A stretch of DNA of 63,751 bases, filler included. It is 9 parts of 9 records of this genome, joined end to end, with 100 filler letters (N's around TTAATTAATTAA, not from the genome) between each part and the next. Parts side by side here need not be neighbours in the genome. Positions count along the whole stretch, not along the records: positions 40,439 to 45,778 come from SRR20825010_2280; positions 45,879 to 49,386 come from SRR20825010_2281; positions 49,487 to 55,833 come from SRR20825010_2282; 6 more parts are not named here. One strand, written 5' to 3'. The position numbers and the translations under genes were made by a program. The notes beneath the pieces were generated by a model. The model had not been told where the DNA came from and searched no databases. It worked only from the letters and a program-made list of their open reading frames with translations. Positions 40,655 through 49,487 of the stretch are shown here, piece by piece (positions within the stretch are counted from its first letter, which is position 1; the number at the start of each line of letters is the position of its first letter).

Positions 40655-40789
40655 ATGGCACTTAAACCTGGACCAAAGCCGATAGCAAAATCAACAGGGA
40701 AGCCGGATCAGCGCCGCCGTGATAACAAAACCACACCAGGGAATACTCCATCTCTCAAACCTAGCAATCCCCCCAAAAAAAGTAAATGA
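40655..40789 (+). CDS. 44-aa Lys/Pro-rich basic microprotein
   Basis: MALKPGPKPIAKSTGKPDQRRRDNKTTPGNTPSLKPSNPPKKSK; AAGGAG RBS at 40642-40647 and TATAAT at 40625-40630. Confidence 0.7.
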   Translation: MALKPGPKPIAKSTGKPDQRRRDNKTTPGNTPSLKPSNPPKKSK

Positions 40790-40872
40790 CAGGCCGCTCA
40801 CTTCTACGTTAGCAGTCGACAATCATGCCCTGTTACTCATGCTGTTCATGCGAGTAGTGAACTCGGGGCGTC

Positions 40873-41127
40873 TCAGTAGTGGTATCGAAGCTGAGCCAGC
40901 AGAAGTGAGTCGCCTTCAATGGCATAGACCATTCTGTGCTCGTCGTTGATACGTCGAGACCAATATCCAGAAAGTGCGTGTTTGAGAGGTTCAGGCTTAC
41001 CAACACCAGAAAATGGTTCGCGTTTTACTTGGGTGATCAGCTTGTTGATCCGCTCAACTATTTTCTTGTCTTGCTTTTGCCAGTAAAGGTAGTCTTCCCA
41101 TGCCTCGTCAGAGAAGATCAATTTCAC
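40873..41127 (-). CDS. yoeB: Txe/YoeB family toxin
   Basis: AWEDYLYW, GKPEPLKH, WSRRI, C-terminal RYHY. Confidence 0.96.
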   Translation of the reverse strand: MKLIFSDEAWEDYLYWQKQDKKIVERINKLITQVKREPFSGVGKPEPLKHALSGYWSRRINDEHRMVYAIEGDSLLLAQLRYHY

Positions 41128-41375
41128 TCGGGCAACTTCCGCTCTACACCCTTGCCTGCGCTTAGTTGCGTCGTGGCGGAAAGCAGGCGTTTGGCATTGG
41201 TGGGGTTACGCAGCAAATAGGCCGTTTCTTCAAGGGCTTGGTAATCTTCCAAAGACAGCATTACAACCGCTCGTTCACCATTGCGGGTAATGATCAAGGC
41301 CTCGTGATCTTCGCAAACACGATCCATAGTGCTGGCCAAGTTGGCGCGAGCGGAGGAATAAGTAATGGCATCCAT
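41124..41375 (-). CDS. yefM: YefM/Phd family antitoxin
   Basis: MDAITYSSARANL...ITR...ETAYLL; start set at ATG 41375. Confidence 0.95.
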   Translation of the reverse strand: MDAITYSSARANLASTMDRVCEDHEALIITRNGERAVVMLSLEDYQALEETAYLLRNPTNAKRLLSATTQLSAGKGVERKLPE

Positions 41376-41390
41376 GAAAAACTCCAGGTA

Positions 41391-41410
41391 AGTACGTAAT
41401 ATTGTACAAT
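41391..41410. promoter_or_regulatory. yefM-yoeB operator
   Basis: Palindrome ATTGTACAAT (41401-41410) and a second GTAC core 12 bp away. Confidence 0.75.
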
Positions 41411-41464
41411 TCAATTCGTGCCCTGTCCACTGCAGGCATTCAACCAAAAACAGGAATATGTCCG

Positions 41465-41866
41465 ATGTACGACGTTGAACACATCAGCATCTACATTCAT
41501 CGCGCCCCAGCCGATGTGTATGCCTATGCTTCCAACCCGCAAAACCTTCCGCTGTGGGCGGCTGGCCTGGCCCGCTTTGAAGTAACAAAACAAGGCGATG
41601 CTTGGGTAGCAGAAGCACCATTCGGCAAGGTGAAAATCAAATTTGCGCAGGCGAATAAGTTTGGGGTGTTGGATCACGATGTTGAGCTTGAATCGGGCGT
41701 GGTGGTTCACAACCCAATGCGGGTTGTGCCGAACGGCGAGGGTAGCGAATTCATGTTTACCCTGCTGCGGCAACCTGGAATGTCCAACGAACAATTCGCA
41801 GCAGATGCGCAGGCGGTTACGGAAGATTTGCGCGCATTAAAAACGCTTCTCGAAGCCGTACCTTAA
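41465..41866 (+). CDS. SRPBCC / polyketide cyclase family protein
   Basis: VYAYASNPQNLPLWA; MRVVPNG; C-terminal DLRALKTLLE helix. Confidence 0.85.
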   Translation: MYDVEHISIYIHRAPADVYAYASNPQNLPLWAAGLARFEVTKQGDAWVAEAPFGKVKIKFAQANKFGVLDHDVELESGVVVHNPMRVVPNGEGSEFMFTLLRQPGMSNEQFAADAQAVTEDLRALKTLLEAVP

Positions 41867-41980
41867 GCGATCACTGTTGGGTTCGATAAACGAATATTTA
41901 CAGGCCCGAAAAGTTTTCGCACAGTTGTCGATTTCACCATACCCCATTCGACTATCCAGGTAGGCATAACTTTCAAGGAG

Positions 41981-42442
41981 ATGATGATGTCGAACAACAC
42001 AGGTACAGTTCAGCTGCATCGGGTACTGCGGGCACCAGCCGATCGGGTTTACAAGGCGTTTACCGACAAAAGTGCTTTGGAATACTGGCTTCCGCCGTAT
42101 GGGTACACCGGCACCGTCCACGAAATTGATGTTCGCGTGGGCGGGGGCTACAGAATGTCTTTCACCAATTTCAGCGCCGGCGGCAGCCATTCGTTTGCAG
42201 TGAAATACATTGAGCTGGTGGCCAATGAACGCATTCGGCATACCGATCGGTTTGATGACGAAAACCTGCCCGGTGAAATGCTCGTCACGATCGACCTTAA
42301 AACTGTTTCTTGCGGAACCGACATCCGTATTGTTCAAGAAGGGATCCCCTCGGTAATCCCCGTTGAAATGTGTTACCTGGGTTGGCAGGAATCGCTGGAG
42401 CAGCTTGCCCGGCTGGTTGAGCCCAATATTCCAGAGGGCTGA
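41981..42442 (+). CDS. SRPBCC/AHSA1 family protein
   Basis: RVYKAFTD, DVRVGGGY, GWQESLEQL. Confidence 0.88.
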   Translation: MMMSNNTGTVQLHRVLRAPADRVYKAFTDKSALEYWLPPYGYTGTVHEIDVRVGGGYRMSFTNFSAGGSHSFAVKYIELVANERIRHTDRFDDENLPGEMLVTIDLKTVSCGTDIRIVQEGIPSVIPVEMCYLGWQESLEQLARLVEPNIPEG

Positions 42443-42503
42443 GCAATAAGGGGCCGTTTCGTGTCAACATTGACTGTCACCACAGGTACAAGTTGCAAAA
42501 AAT

Positions 42504-43040
42504 ATGCCCCTTAGCTCTTATCTAAATTCCCATCCGGTGCTTTCGGATAGCACGTATGTTCATCAGTCTGCCCAGGTTATAGGTGACGTCCAGATTGGAA
42601 GCCATTCCTCGATATGGTGCAACACGGTGCTGCGCGGCGATGTCAATCGCATTGTCATTGGCCACAGCACCAATATTCAGGATTTGGCGATGTGTCACGT
42701 TTCTCACAAGAGCGAAACCAAACCGAATGGATCGCCTCTCATTATTGGAAACTACGTCACCGTTGGTCATGCCGTGATCCTTCACGGGTGCAAGATCGGC
42801 GATGAATGTTTGATTGGTATGGGCTCTATTGTCATGGACGATGTCGTGATGGAAAAACAGGTCATCGTCGGCGCTGGCAGCCTTGTTCCTCCAGGAAAGG
42901 TATTGGAAAGCGGGTTTCTTTATGTGGGTCGCCCAGCCATCCAGGTACGCGCATTGCGCGAAGATGAAATAGCATTTTTGAAATATTCGGCAGAGCATTA
43001 TGTTCGCGTTAAGGAAAACCACATGTCGCCGCGCCCCTAA
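42504..43040 (+). CDS. Gamma carbonic anhydrase family (YrdA/PaaY-like)
   Basis: Hexapeptide repeats; LRGD, NIQD, CH, VTVGH...LHG. Confidence 0.92.
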   Translation: MPLSSYLNSHPVLSDSTYVHQSAQVIGDVQIGSHSSIWCNTVLRGDVNRIVIGHSTNIQDLAMCHVSHKSETKPNGSPLIIGNYVTVGHAVILHGCKIGDECLIGMGSIVMDDVVMEKQVIVGAGSLVPPGKVLESGFLYVGRPAIQVRALREDEIAFLKYSAEHYVRVKENHMSPRP

Positions 43041-43104
43041 CCTTACTTAACCTGGAAGCGAAGCTGTGATGGACTTGTCACTACCTCCAGGTAAGCACGC
43101 CAAC

Positions 43105-43587
43105 ATGACAGTACTCCCCGACCTTCTTCAAGCACATCTGAAAATCGTTTTTTGCGGAACAGCCCCTGGTACTGTTTCCGCTCGCCGCGGCGCCTACTAC
43201 GCTGGTCCCGGCAATGCCTTTTGGCCCACCTTGTTCGAGGTTGGGCTTACCCCCCGGCGCATTCTTCCCGACGAATACTCAGTCATCACGCAGTTTGGGC
43301 TGGGGCTTACTGATTTGGCCAAGCATGTATACGGGGCAGACAGCGTGCTGGCCGCTACCGACTTTGGTCGTGATGAACTTCGCGCAAAAATTCTGCACCA
43401 TGGTTCCCGAATACTCGCATTTACCAGTAAGCGTGCTGGTCAGGAATTCCTGCGTCGTTCGGTTTCGTATGGTTTGCAGGAAGAGAAAATTGGCAGCACC
43501 TTGCTTTTTGTTCTACCCTCGCCATCGGGATTGGCGAGGCGGCATTGGACCGTGCAGCCATGGCTCGATTTGGCAGCGTTACAGTGA
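43105..43587 (+). CDS. mug: Mismatch-specific uracil DNA glycosylase (Mug/TDG family)
   Basis: VFCGTAPG, YYAGPGNAFW, LPSPSG; note the usual GINPG catalytic Asn is replaced. Confidence 0.8.
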   Translation: MTVLPDLLQAHLKIVFCGTAPGTVSARRGAYYAGPGNAFWPTLFEVGLTPRRILPDEYSVITQFGLGLTDLAKHVYGADSVLAATDFGRDELRAKILHHGSRILAFTSKRAGQEFLRRSVSYGLQEEKIGSTLLFVLPSPSGLARRHWTVQPWLDLAALQ

Positions 43588-43620
43588 TCAAGAAAAGGGG
43601 CTGGTCATCATGAAGCCGTT

Positions 43621-44391
43621 TTACGGCAACGACTTGGGTTCTGGAAACAAAAATTTCTTCCCTGTTTTTCTTTCAAGTTTCCAGATGATGTAGAACCACA
43701 GGTAGAAGCCTTGAGCCAATCGGCCAGCTGAGTAAGCTACCAACACCAAATTCAAACTTGCTAGCAGCCAGTATTTGAAAAAATCTGTTTCCAAGGTAGA
43801 ACCAAAGTCGGCGACTGCGTACTCATAAACGCTCCAGCACACAAGAAAAATATAAACCCAGTTTTTTACCAGATGCTGTCTCAGGTTCAAATGCACATCG
43901 CCATTGAATTCATTGATAGGACGTTTCAGCACAAAGCAATTGCTTTTTTCCAGATAGTTTTTTGTAATTAACTTTTTGCGCGCCACCCTTCGGGCGGTAT
44001 CAATACTGAGCTGGGTTAACCACAAAGAAATAGCAGTGAATACAGGAACTGGTGTCCACGAACTCATGGGCTCAAGAAAGAAATACATCAAGGAAATTGC
44101 AAGACAAGAAAAAAATACTCCAAGATATGCAAGGCCACTGAGTGCATAAAAATATCGAATCCTTAGAATTTGTTTTGGTGCGAAACGGCTGATTAACAAA
44201 GAGATGGCGATCACGAAAGCAACAGTACTTGCAAATATTTGCGGCACTGTGGATGGTATTACATTGTCGTCGCTACCCATCCAAAGTAACAAAGACGCTA
44301 GCCCGCCGGACAGTAACCACATCAGTGCAACTCCATACGAAAGCACAGTCTTTATGTCGTAATATCGTGGAAATCCAGCTAGATTGCTCAC
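43621..44391 (-). CDS. Hypothetical multi-pass membrane protein, candidate immunity protein
   Basis: About 6 hydrophobic segments; AT-rich; GTG start overlaps the upstream TGA (GTGA). Confidence 0.6.
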   Translation of the reverse strand: MSNLAGFPRYYDIKTVLSYGVALMWLLSGGLASLLLWMGSDDNVIPSTVPQIFASTVAFVIAISLLISRFAPKQILRIRYFYALSGLAYLGVFFSCLAISLMYFFLEPMSSWTPVPVFTAISLWLTQLSIDTARRVARKKLITKNYLEKSNCFVLKRPINEFNGDVHLNLRQHLVKNWVYIFLVCWSVYEYAVADFGSTLETDFFKYWLLASLNLVLVAYSAGRLAQGFYLWFYIIWKLERKTGKKFLFPEPKSLP

Positions 44392-45719
44392 GGTGCTACC
44401 CCCCACCCAAAGTCGCTTTGTATAAATGCGGAATATCCGGTGTAATCCTTTGCGTTTTTATTTTCGAGGTACAAAGCCTGTTTTTCGATCGATGCACTGA
44501 TTAATTCCCTCAGTTTTTTATCAATTAGCTCAACTCCGTATGCAACACCGAAACCGATAACAACTGTGCCGAATGCAATTGCTGATATTGGTAGTGTGGC
44601 GGTCAATAACGCGATGGAGGCTGCGGCTATTCCAGCCATCACCACTGAAGTCAGTGCAGCAGTAATCCCGACTTTTACTAAATTCACGCCAATCTTGCTC
44701 ATTAAGTCCAGCACACTTGATTTTGGTTTTCCCGTTGCTGGGTCGATCTGGCCATAGTCACTGATCCATTCGGCCACGTCGGTAAAAACACTGAATACGA
44801 TTGCCACAGCCCCCAGTTTTTTGAATGTGCTTTTGGTCGCATTCCAGGCAGCATGTCTTATGCCGTTTGCGGTACCTGCACCATTTGTAATGGTTAGTAC
44901 TGCGGGGTTGTCGGCCAGGTAGCGCGTGCCTTTCAGTAGCTCGCGGATCTTGTGGTTGCCGGTGAAGATCACGTCATACACCGCCTGTCCGTTCTTTCGA
45001 ATTCGTTTTTTCAAATAGAACTTTTGACCGTTTAGTTCACGAATCCATTTTTGATTTTCCAAACCATAAATACTTGTGCCCACAAGTTGCCCCAACAGCC
45101 AGTTCCTCGTCACAACGCCGTTGGTGTCGATTGCGGTTTCTTCGCCGCCTGATGCAAAGAAATCAAGAACCTGTTTGGGTACTTCAGTGCCCAAATTTTT
45201 TACTTCCATCACATGCATGGTCTGCATGTCCTCAAGCAGTTCTGTGCTGACCGACCTGGGTCCTTGCATCGCTGCGCTTGTTGCACTGGGCATTTGTATC
45301 GACACGATCAACGGCGCGGGTTTTCCTTCCGGGTTTTGCGCGGTGCAGGTAAATGGGTCAATCTTGTTGGGCTCGTATTGCGCGATCAGTTGGCCATTTT
45401 TTTTCAATAGCAGCTTGCCTGCGAATGTGCGTGCCACCCACAGGTGAAGCCGTTCGCCGTCTTGGAACGGAACAGGGGTGCCCGGCATGATCAACCGGCT
45501 GTCGCGCTCGCTGTAGAAATTGCTTTTCTCTGATTCAACCGTGTAGCTGCTACCGCTGCCCAGTTTGATGTCGAACACCACATCGCGGTGTTTGCGCAGC
45601 ACCACCCGCAGCTTTGGTTTGGTGCGTACGCATCGAATCGGCTCGCCTGGCAGGTCGATGCATGTGACCTGTGTGTCGTTGTCCACCTCCAGCACGGGCG
45701 ACTTCTTCAAATTTCCCAT
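44388..45719 (-). CDS. Hypothetical protein with hydrophobic colicin-like C-terminus, candidate secreted effector
   Basis: 443 aa; AAGGAA RBS; C-terminal long Ala/Gly/Ile hydrophobic hairpin. Confidence 0.6.
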   Translation of the reverse strand: MGNLKKSPVLEVDNDTQVTCIDLPGEPIRCVRTKPKLRVVLRKHRDVVFDIKLGSGSSYTVESEKSNFYSERDSRLIMPGTPVPFQDGERLHLWVARTFAGKLLLKKNGQLIAQYEPNKIDPFTCTAQNPEGKPAPLIVSIQMPSATSAAMQGPRSVSTELLEDMQTMHVMEVKNLGTEVPKQVLDFFASGGEETAIDTNGVVTRNWLLGQLVGTSIYGLENQKWIRELNGQKFYLKKRIRKNGQAVYDVIFTGNHKIRELLKGTRYLADNPAVLTITNGAGTANGIRHAAWNATKSTFKKLGAVAIVFSVFTDVAEWISDYGQIDPATGKPKSSVLDLMSKIGVNLVKVGITAALTSVVMAGIAAASIALLTATLPISAIAFGTVVIGFGVAYGVELIDKKLRELISASIEKQALYLENKNAKDYTGYSAFIQSDFGWGVAP

Positions 45720-45880
45720 GCCTTTTATTCCTTGGCCGTTCTGTCGGTTTGCTCGCCACGCGCAAAACCTTGTGGGGCNNNNNNNNNNNNNNNNNNNNNN
45801 NNNNNNNNNNNNNNNNNNNNNNTTAATTAATTAANNNNNNNNNNNNNNNNNNNNNNNNNNNNNNNNNNNNNNNNNNNNCA

Positions 45881-46399
45881 GGTAGAATTGAGAATGAAAA
45901 GATAAAATCTGTAAAACTTACTACAGTAATTTCAGATATGCTGGAAGACTATGAAATCGCAATTAAAGATAAATCTGCAAAAATAACAGTAGGGGAATTA
46001 CCGAAAGTAAAAGGCTCTGACACGGAATACCGACAAGTGTTTCAAAACCTAATTTCCAACTCTCTCAAGTTCTCCAAACCTAGTCTCAATCCAGAAATAT
46101 CCATCACCTCTGAGAAAGCTAGTGATGAACTTATTAATAAATACCCATCCCTGAATAGTAGTGAAAACTACTGCCTAATCAAGGTGAGTGATAACGGGAT
46201 TGGGTTTGAAAAAACGCATGCTGAAAGAATATTTTCCATATTTCAGAGATTACATGGAAAGAAAGAATATGAAGGCACGGGAATTGGTCTATCTATCACT
46301 CGGAAAATAATTGAGAAAAACGGAGGAGTAATATTTGCAGAAAGTAGCGCTGGAAACGGCGCAGTTTTCAATATAATTTTGCCGTATATAAATGTTTAA
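45881..46399 (+). CDS. Sensor histidine kinase C-terminal HATPase (5' partial)
   Basis: Frame open from the contig edge; QVFQNLISNSLKF, DNGIGF, FQRLH, GTGIGL. Confidence 0.9.
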   Translation, partial: GRIENEKIKSVKLTTVISDMLEDYEIAIKDKSAKITVGELPKVKGSDTEYRQVFQNLISNSLKFSKPSLNPEISITSEKASDELINKYPSLNSSENYCLIKVSDNGIGFEKTHAERIFSIFQRLHGKKEYEGTGIGLSITRKIIEKNGGVIFAESSAGNGAVFNIILPYINV

Positions 46400-46493
46400 A
46401 TGCCGTATATCCCATCTTCTTTCGATAATATTAAATTAACAAAATCGTGCTTATCTTAAGAGCACATTTTAACCCTTGTTTGTAACAGACTAT

Positions 46494-46943
46494 ATGCTCA
46501 TGTCCTTCGAGAAACCCATTCAAATCCTAGTTGCAGAAGACGATGAGGATGATAAGTTATTAATTCTTAAAGCCTTTGAAAGGACTTTGCCAAAGGAAAA
46601 AGTTACTTGCGTAGAAGATGGAGAGGCTTTGCTCAAGTATTTAAAACGAACTCCTCCTTACGATGATCTGGAAAAGTATCCTAAACCGGATATTATTCTT
46701 CTCGATCTCAATATGCCTCGAAAAGATGGCAGAGAAGCACTCGCTGAAATTAAAAGCAGCGATGAGTTGAAATCCATTCCAGTCATTATTTTCACTACCT
46801 CAAATAGTGCTGACGATATACGAATTACCTACAAAATGGGGTCTAGTAGCTTTATTACCAAGCCAGGATCTTTTGAGGAATTAGTCAAAGTCACAGAAGA
46901 AATCGAGAATTACTGGTCAAAAACAGTATTGTTGCCAGGGTAA
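46494..46943 (+). CDS. Single-domain response regulator (Rcp1-like)
   Basis: AEDD, LLDLNMP, TTS, TKP. Confidence 0.92.
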   Translation: MLMSFEKPIQILVAEDDEDDKLLILKAFERTLPKEKVTCVEDGEALLKYLKRTPPYDDLEKYPKPDIILLDLNMPRKDGREALAEIKSSDELKSIPVIIFTTSNSADDIRITYKMGSSSFITKPGSFEELVKVTEEIENYWSKTVLLPG

Positions 46944-46952
46944 ATAGAAAAC

Positions 46953-48398
46953 ATGATTAGTACAGAGACCATAAGAATACTCTACGTAGATGATGATCCG
47001 GATGACTTCTTTTTAGTATCTACTCTACTGAAAAGAATCACTGAAACCACCTATGAATTAGAAGGCGCAACTAGCCTTGAAGAAGCCATTCCTAAGCTAA
47101 ATCAGAACTTCGATGTCTTTCTGGTCGATTACCGACTTGGAAAAGATACCGGCTTAGAACTAATTCGCGAGATCAAATCAATTAGGAAACATGCACCTGT
47201 AATTATGCTTACCGGCATGAGTACAGGCGACATTGACAGAGAAGCACTCACTTTAGGAGCTTCTGATTATTTAGTCAAAGGGGAATTTGATGCGTATATC
47301 CTCGACAGAACACTGAGATATGCTATTCGTGATGCTCAATTGATTGAGTCGCTGGCAAGTGCTGCTGTTAAGTTTCGGTCCATTTTTGAGCTAGCTAGTG
47401 ATCCCTTTCTTCTGATGGATGATGAAGGTGAGATCATAGAAGCTAATCCCGCATTTCTCAAAAAATTTGGGATGAAAGCATACGACCCTGATTCTATTGA
47501 AAGCTTTTTCTTTAAAGACCTACTTATTGAAGAATCATCCCGCCAGGAGCTAGATGACCTGTTTTTCAAAGATCAGGAGATTTATGATATGGAAGCACTC
47601 ATGACAGTAGATCATGGACATACCATCAATAGTTTGGTAAGTATAGTAAAGCAAGACGTCAGCATATTCCAGGTTTTAATTAAGGACCTGAGCGCGATCA
47701 AAGCCAAAGAAGAGGAAGAGCTGAACCTAAAAAAATTCTCCTCTACGGGTAGAATTGCCAGACTTCTAGCACACGAAGTCAAAAACCCACTTACAACGAT
47801 TCTGCTATCCGCAGACCAACTACATATGGAATTGCCGGAGTCAGTGCTGGCTGAAAGTGGTGACCTGATAGATGTAATCCGCAGGAATTGTGACAGAATC
47901 AACCATCTCGTCACTCAACTACTGGATAGCACTCGATTTACAGAATTGGATGCGAAGAGTCATTCGATCAACACCTTGTTAGACGAGGCACTTGAGCATG
48001 TCAAGGATCGCATAGACTTCAAAGGAATAAACATCCAAAAACAATATCAAACCGATATTTGTGATGTAAAGGTTGACGGTGAAAAGGTAAAAATTGCTTT
48101 GGTAAACCTGATTGTAAATGCAATCGAAGCGATACCTGAGAAAACCGGTAAACTTTTACTAAAGACGAGTATCAAGGGAAACCAATGTAGAATTGAAATC
48201 AAGGACAATGGAGAAGGAATTCCTAAGGAAAACCTAGAGCGCTTGTTTGAACCTTTCTTTACAAGCAAAGCCACCGGATCTGGACTCGGCCTGACCAATA
48301 CTCAAAATATCATTCTAAGCCATGGCGGATCTATTCGGGTAAAAAGTGACGTAGGAAAAGGAACTTCCTTCCTGATCACTTTTAACCTTCCAGGCTGA
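46953..48398 (+). CDS. Hybrid REC-PAS-histidine kinase
   Basis: N-terminal REC (VDDD, DYRL), PAS, LAHEVKNPL, GSGLGL. Confidence 0.92.
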   Translation: MISTETIRILYVDDDPDDFFLVSTLLKRITETTYELEGATSLEEAIPKLNQNFDVFLVDYRLGKDTGLELIREIKSIRKHAPVIMLTGMSTGDIDREALTLGASDYLVKGEFDAYILDRTLRYAIRDAQLIESLASAAVKFRSIFELASDPFLLMDDEGEIIEANPAFLKKFGMKAYDPDSIESFFFKDLLIEESSRQELDDLFFKDQEIYDMEALMTVDHGHTINSLVSIVKQDVSIFQVLIKDLSAIKAKEEEELNLKKFSSTGRIARLLAHEVKNPLTTILLSADQLHMELPESVLAESGDLIDVIRRNCDRINHLVTQLLDSTRFTELDAKSHSINTLLDEALEHVKDRIDFKGINIQKQYQTDICDVKVDGEKVKIALVNLIVNAIEAIPEKTGKLLLKTSIKGNQCRIEIKDNGEGIPKENLERLFEPFFTSKATGSGLGLTNTQNIILSHGGSIRVKSDVGKGTSFLITFNLPG

Positions 48399-48399
48399 A

Positions 48400-48556
48400 G
48401 CAGTTGAGTATCCGCATCCAATAGCAATCGGATCACGCCTGTCACCAAAATTTCTTTGCTTGCTCGAAGACAATTGACTGAAGTGACCTAAATGCTAAGC
48501 TTTACCACATCCTGTAAAGCTTTAATCGTCTTACGGGCAGAAAAGCACATAGTCGC
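48400..48556 (+). ncRNA. Candidate structured non-coding RNA
   Basis: No ORF in the track; nested stems AAGCTTTAC/GTAAAGCTT inside CTA-AA-TGCT/AGCA-CA-TAG; 5' hairpin GCAGTTG/CAATAGC; terminator downstream. Confidence 0.55.
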
Positions 48557-48575
48557 ATATAATAAGTAATTTATG

Positions 48576-48609
48576 ATCCCCTCTTTCGCTAAAATTGAGG
48601 GGATTTTTT
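48576..48609 (+). terminator. Intrinsic terminator
   Basis: Stem ATCCCCTC/GAGGGGAT followed by TTTTT. Confidence 0.75.
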
Positions 48610-48663
48610 ACTTTAGGCTAGTCGCTAGAAAACGTTGAAAATAATACTTCTCCAAACCACATA

Positions 48664-49173
48664 ATGATCGAGTTTCAAGGGAAATTGGCTGCATTCGAAT
48701 TTAATCATTGGCAATATCACATTCCCATTTCTGATGAAATATCCACTCAGATGATGGACACCGAACATCGTCGAGTTTTAATTTGGATAAAAAGCGAAGG
48801 GCCATACCACATGGCTCTGATGAAATCAAAAGACTATTGGTATGTATTGGTCAATCAGGAAATCCGTACTCGTTTCAATTTAGTCGAGAAAAGTACATTC
48901 TCAGTAAAAATAGACCGTGACCATAGCGAATACGGACATGAAATGCCTGATGAACTCCAAGTTCTAATGGACCAAGATGAAGAGGGTGCTAACTACTTTA
49001 AAAACCTTACTGCAGGTAAACAACGGATGATGGTCTATACTGTCACCAAAGTCAAAAGCCCAGAAAGCCGAATGAAAAAAGCACTTGCCATTATTCATCA
49101 CCTCAAACTGGCAAAAGGTAAGCTCGATTACAAGCAGCTCAATGAGTTAATTAAGTATTACAATAAGTTATAG
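48664..49173 (+). CDS. DUF1905 + YdeI/OmpD-associated family protein
   Basis: MPDEL...F..LTAGKQR...KSPESR C-terminal pattern. Confidence 0.8.
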   Translation: MIEFQGKLAAFEFNHWQYHIPISDEISTQMMDTEHRRVLIWIKSEGPYHMALMKSKDYWYVLVNQEIRTRFNLVEKSTFSVKIDRDHSEYGHEMPDELQVLMDQDEEGANYFKNLTAGKQRMMVYTVTKVKSPESRMKKALAIIHHLKLAKGKLDYKQLNELIKYYNKL

Positions 49174-49236
49174 AAAATAGTCAAGCCCTTTGGTGACATT
49201 TTGTATTTTAGAGTTTATCCAATTTTTCCCCTTGCA

Positions 49237-49386
49237 ATGAAGAAGCTGCCAGAAATAAACTGTGATTTAGGTGAAGGCATCCCAAATGAAACAAAAATAT
49301 TTCCGCTCATAGATACTGCCAGTATTGCGTGTGGAGGGCATTTTGGAGATGAAAACTCAATAAGTGAAAGTATAAGTCTAGCCCTA
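49237..49386 (+). CDS. pxpA: LamB/YcsF family (5-oxoprolinase subunit A), 3' partial
   Basis: INCDLGEG and IACGGH motifs. Confidence 0.85.
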
Positions 49387-49487
49387 NNNNNNNNNNNNNN
49401 NNNNNNNNNNNNNNNNNNNNNNNNNNNNNNTTAATTAATTAANNNNNNNNNNNNNNNNNNNNNNNNNNNNNNNNNNNNNNNNNNNNT

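Noticed and set aside
3207-43040. SbtA (seg1) and gamma-CA (seg6) as a linked carbon-concentrating system
   Set aside because: They are on different contigs with no evidence of the same genome, and YrdA-type gamma-CAs are widespread.
40439-43620. Integron cassette array (short genes plus an inverted TA pair)
   Set aside because: No attC-like RYYYAAC...GTTRRRY palindromes or repeated intergenic sequence found, and no integrase.
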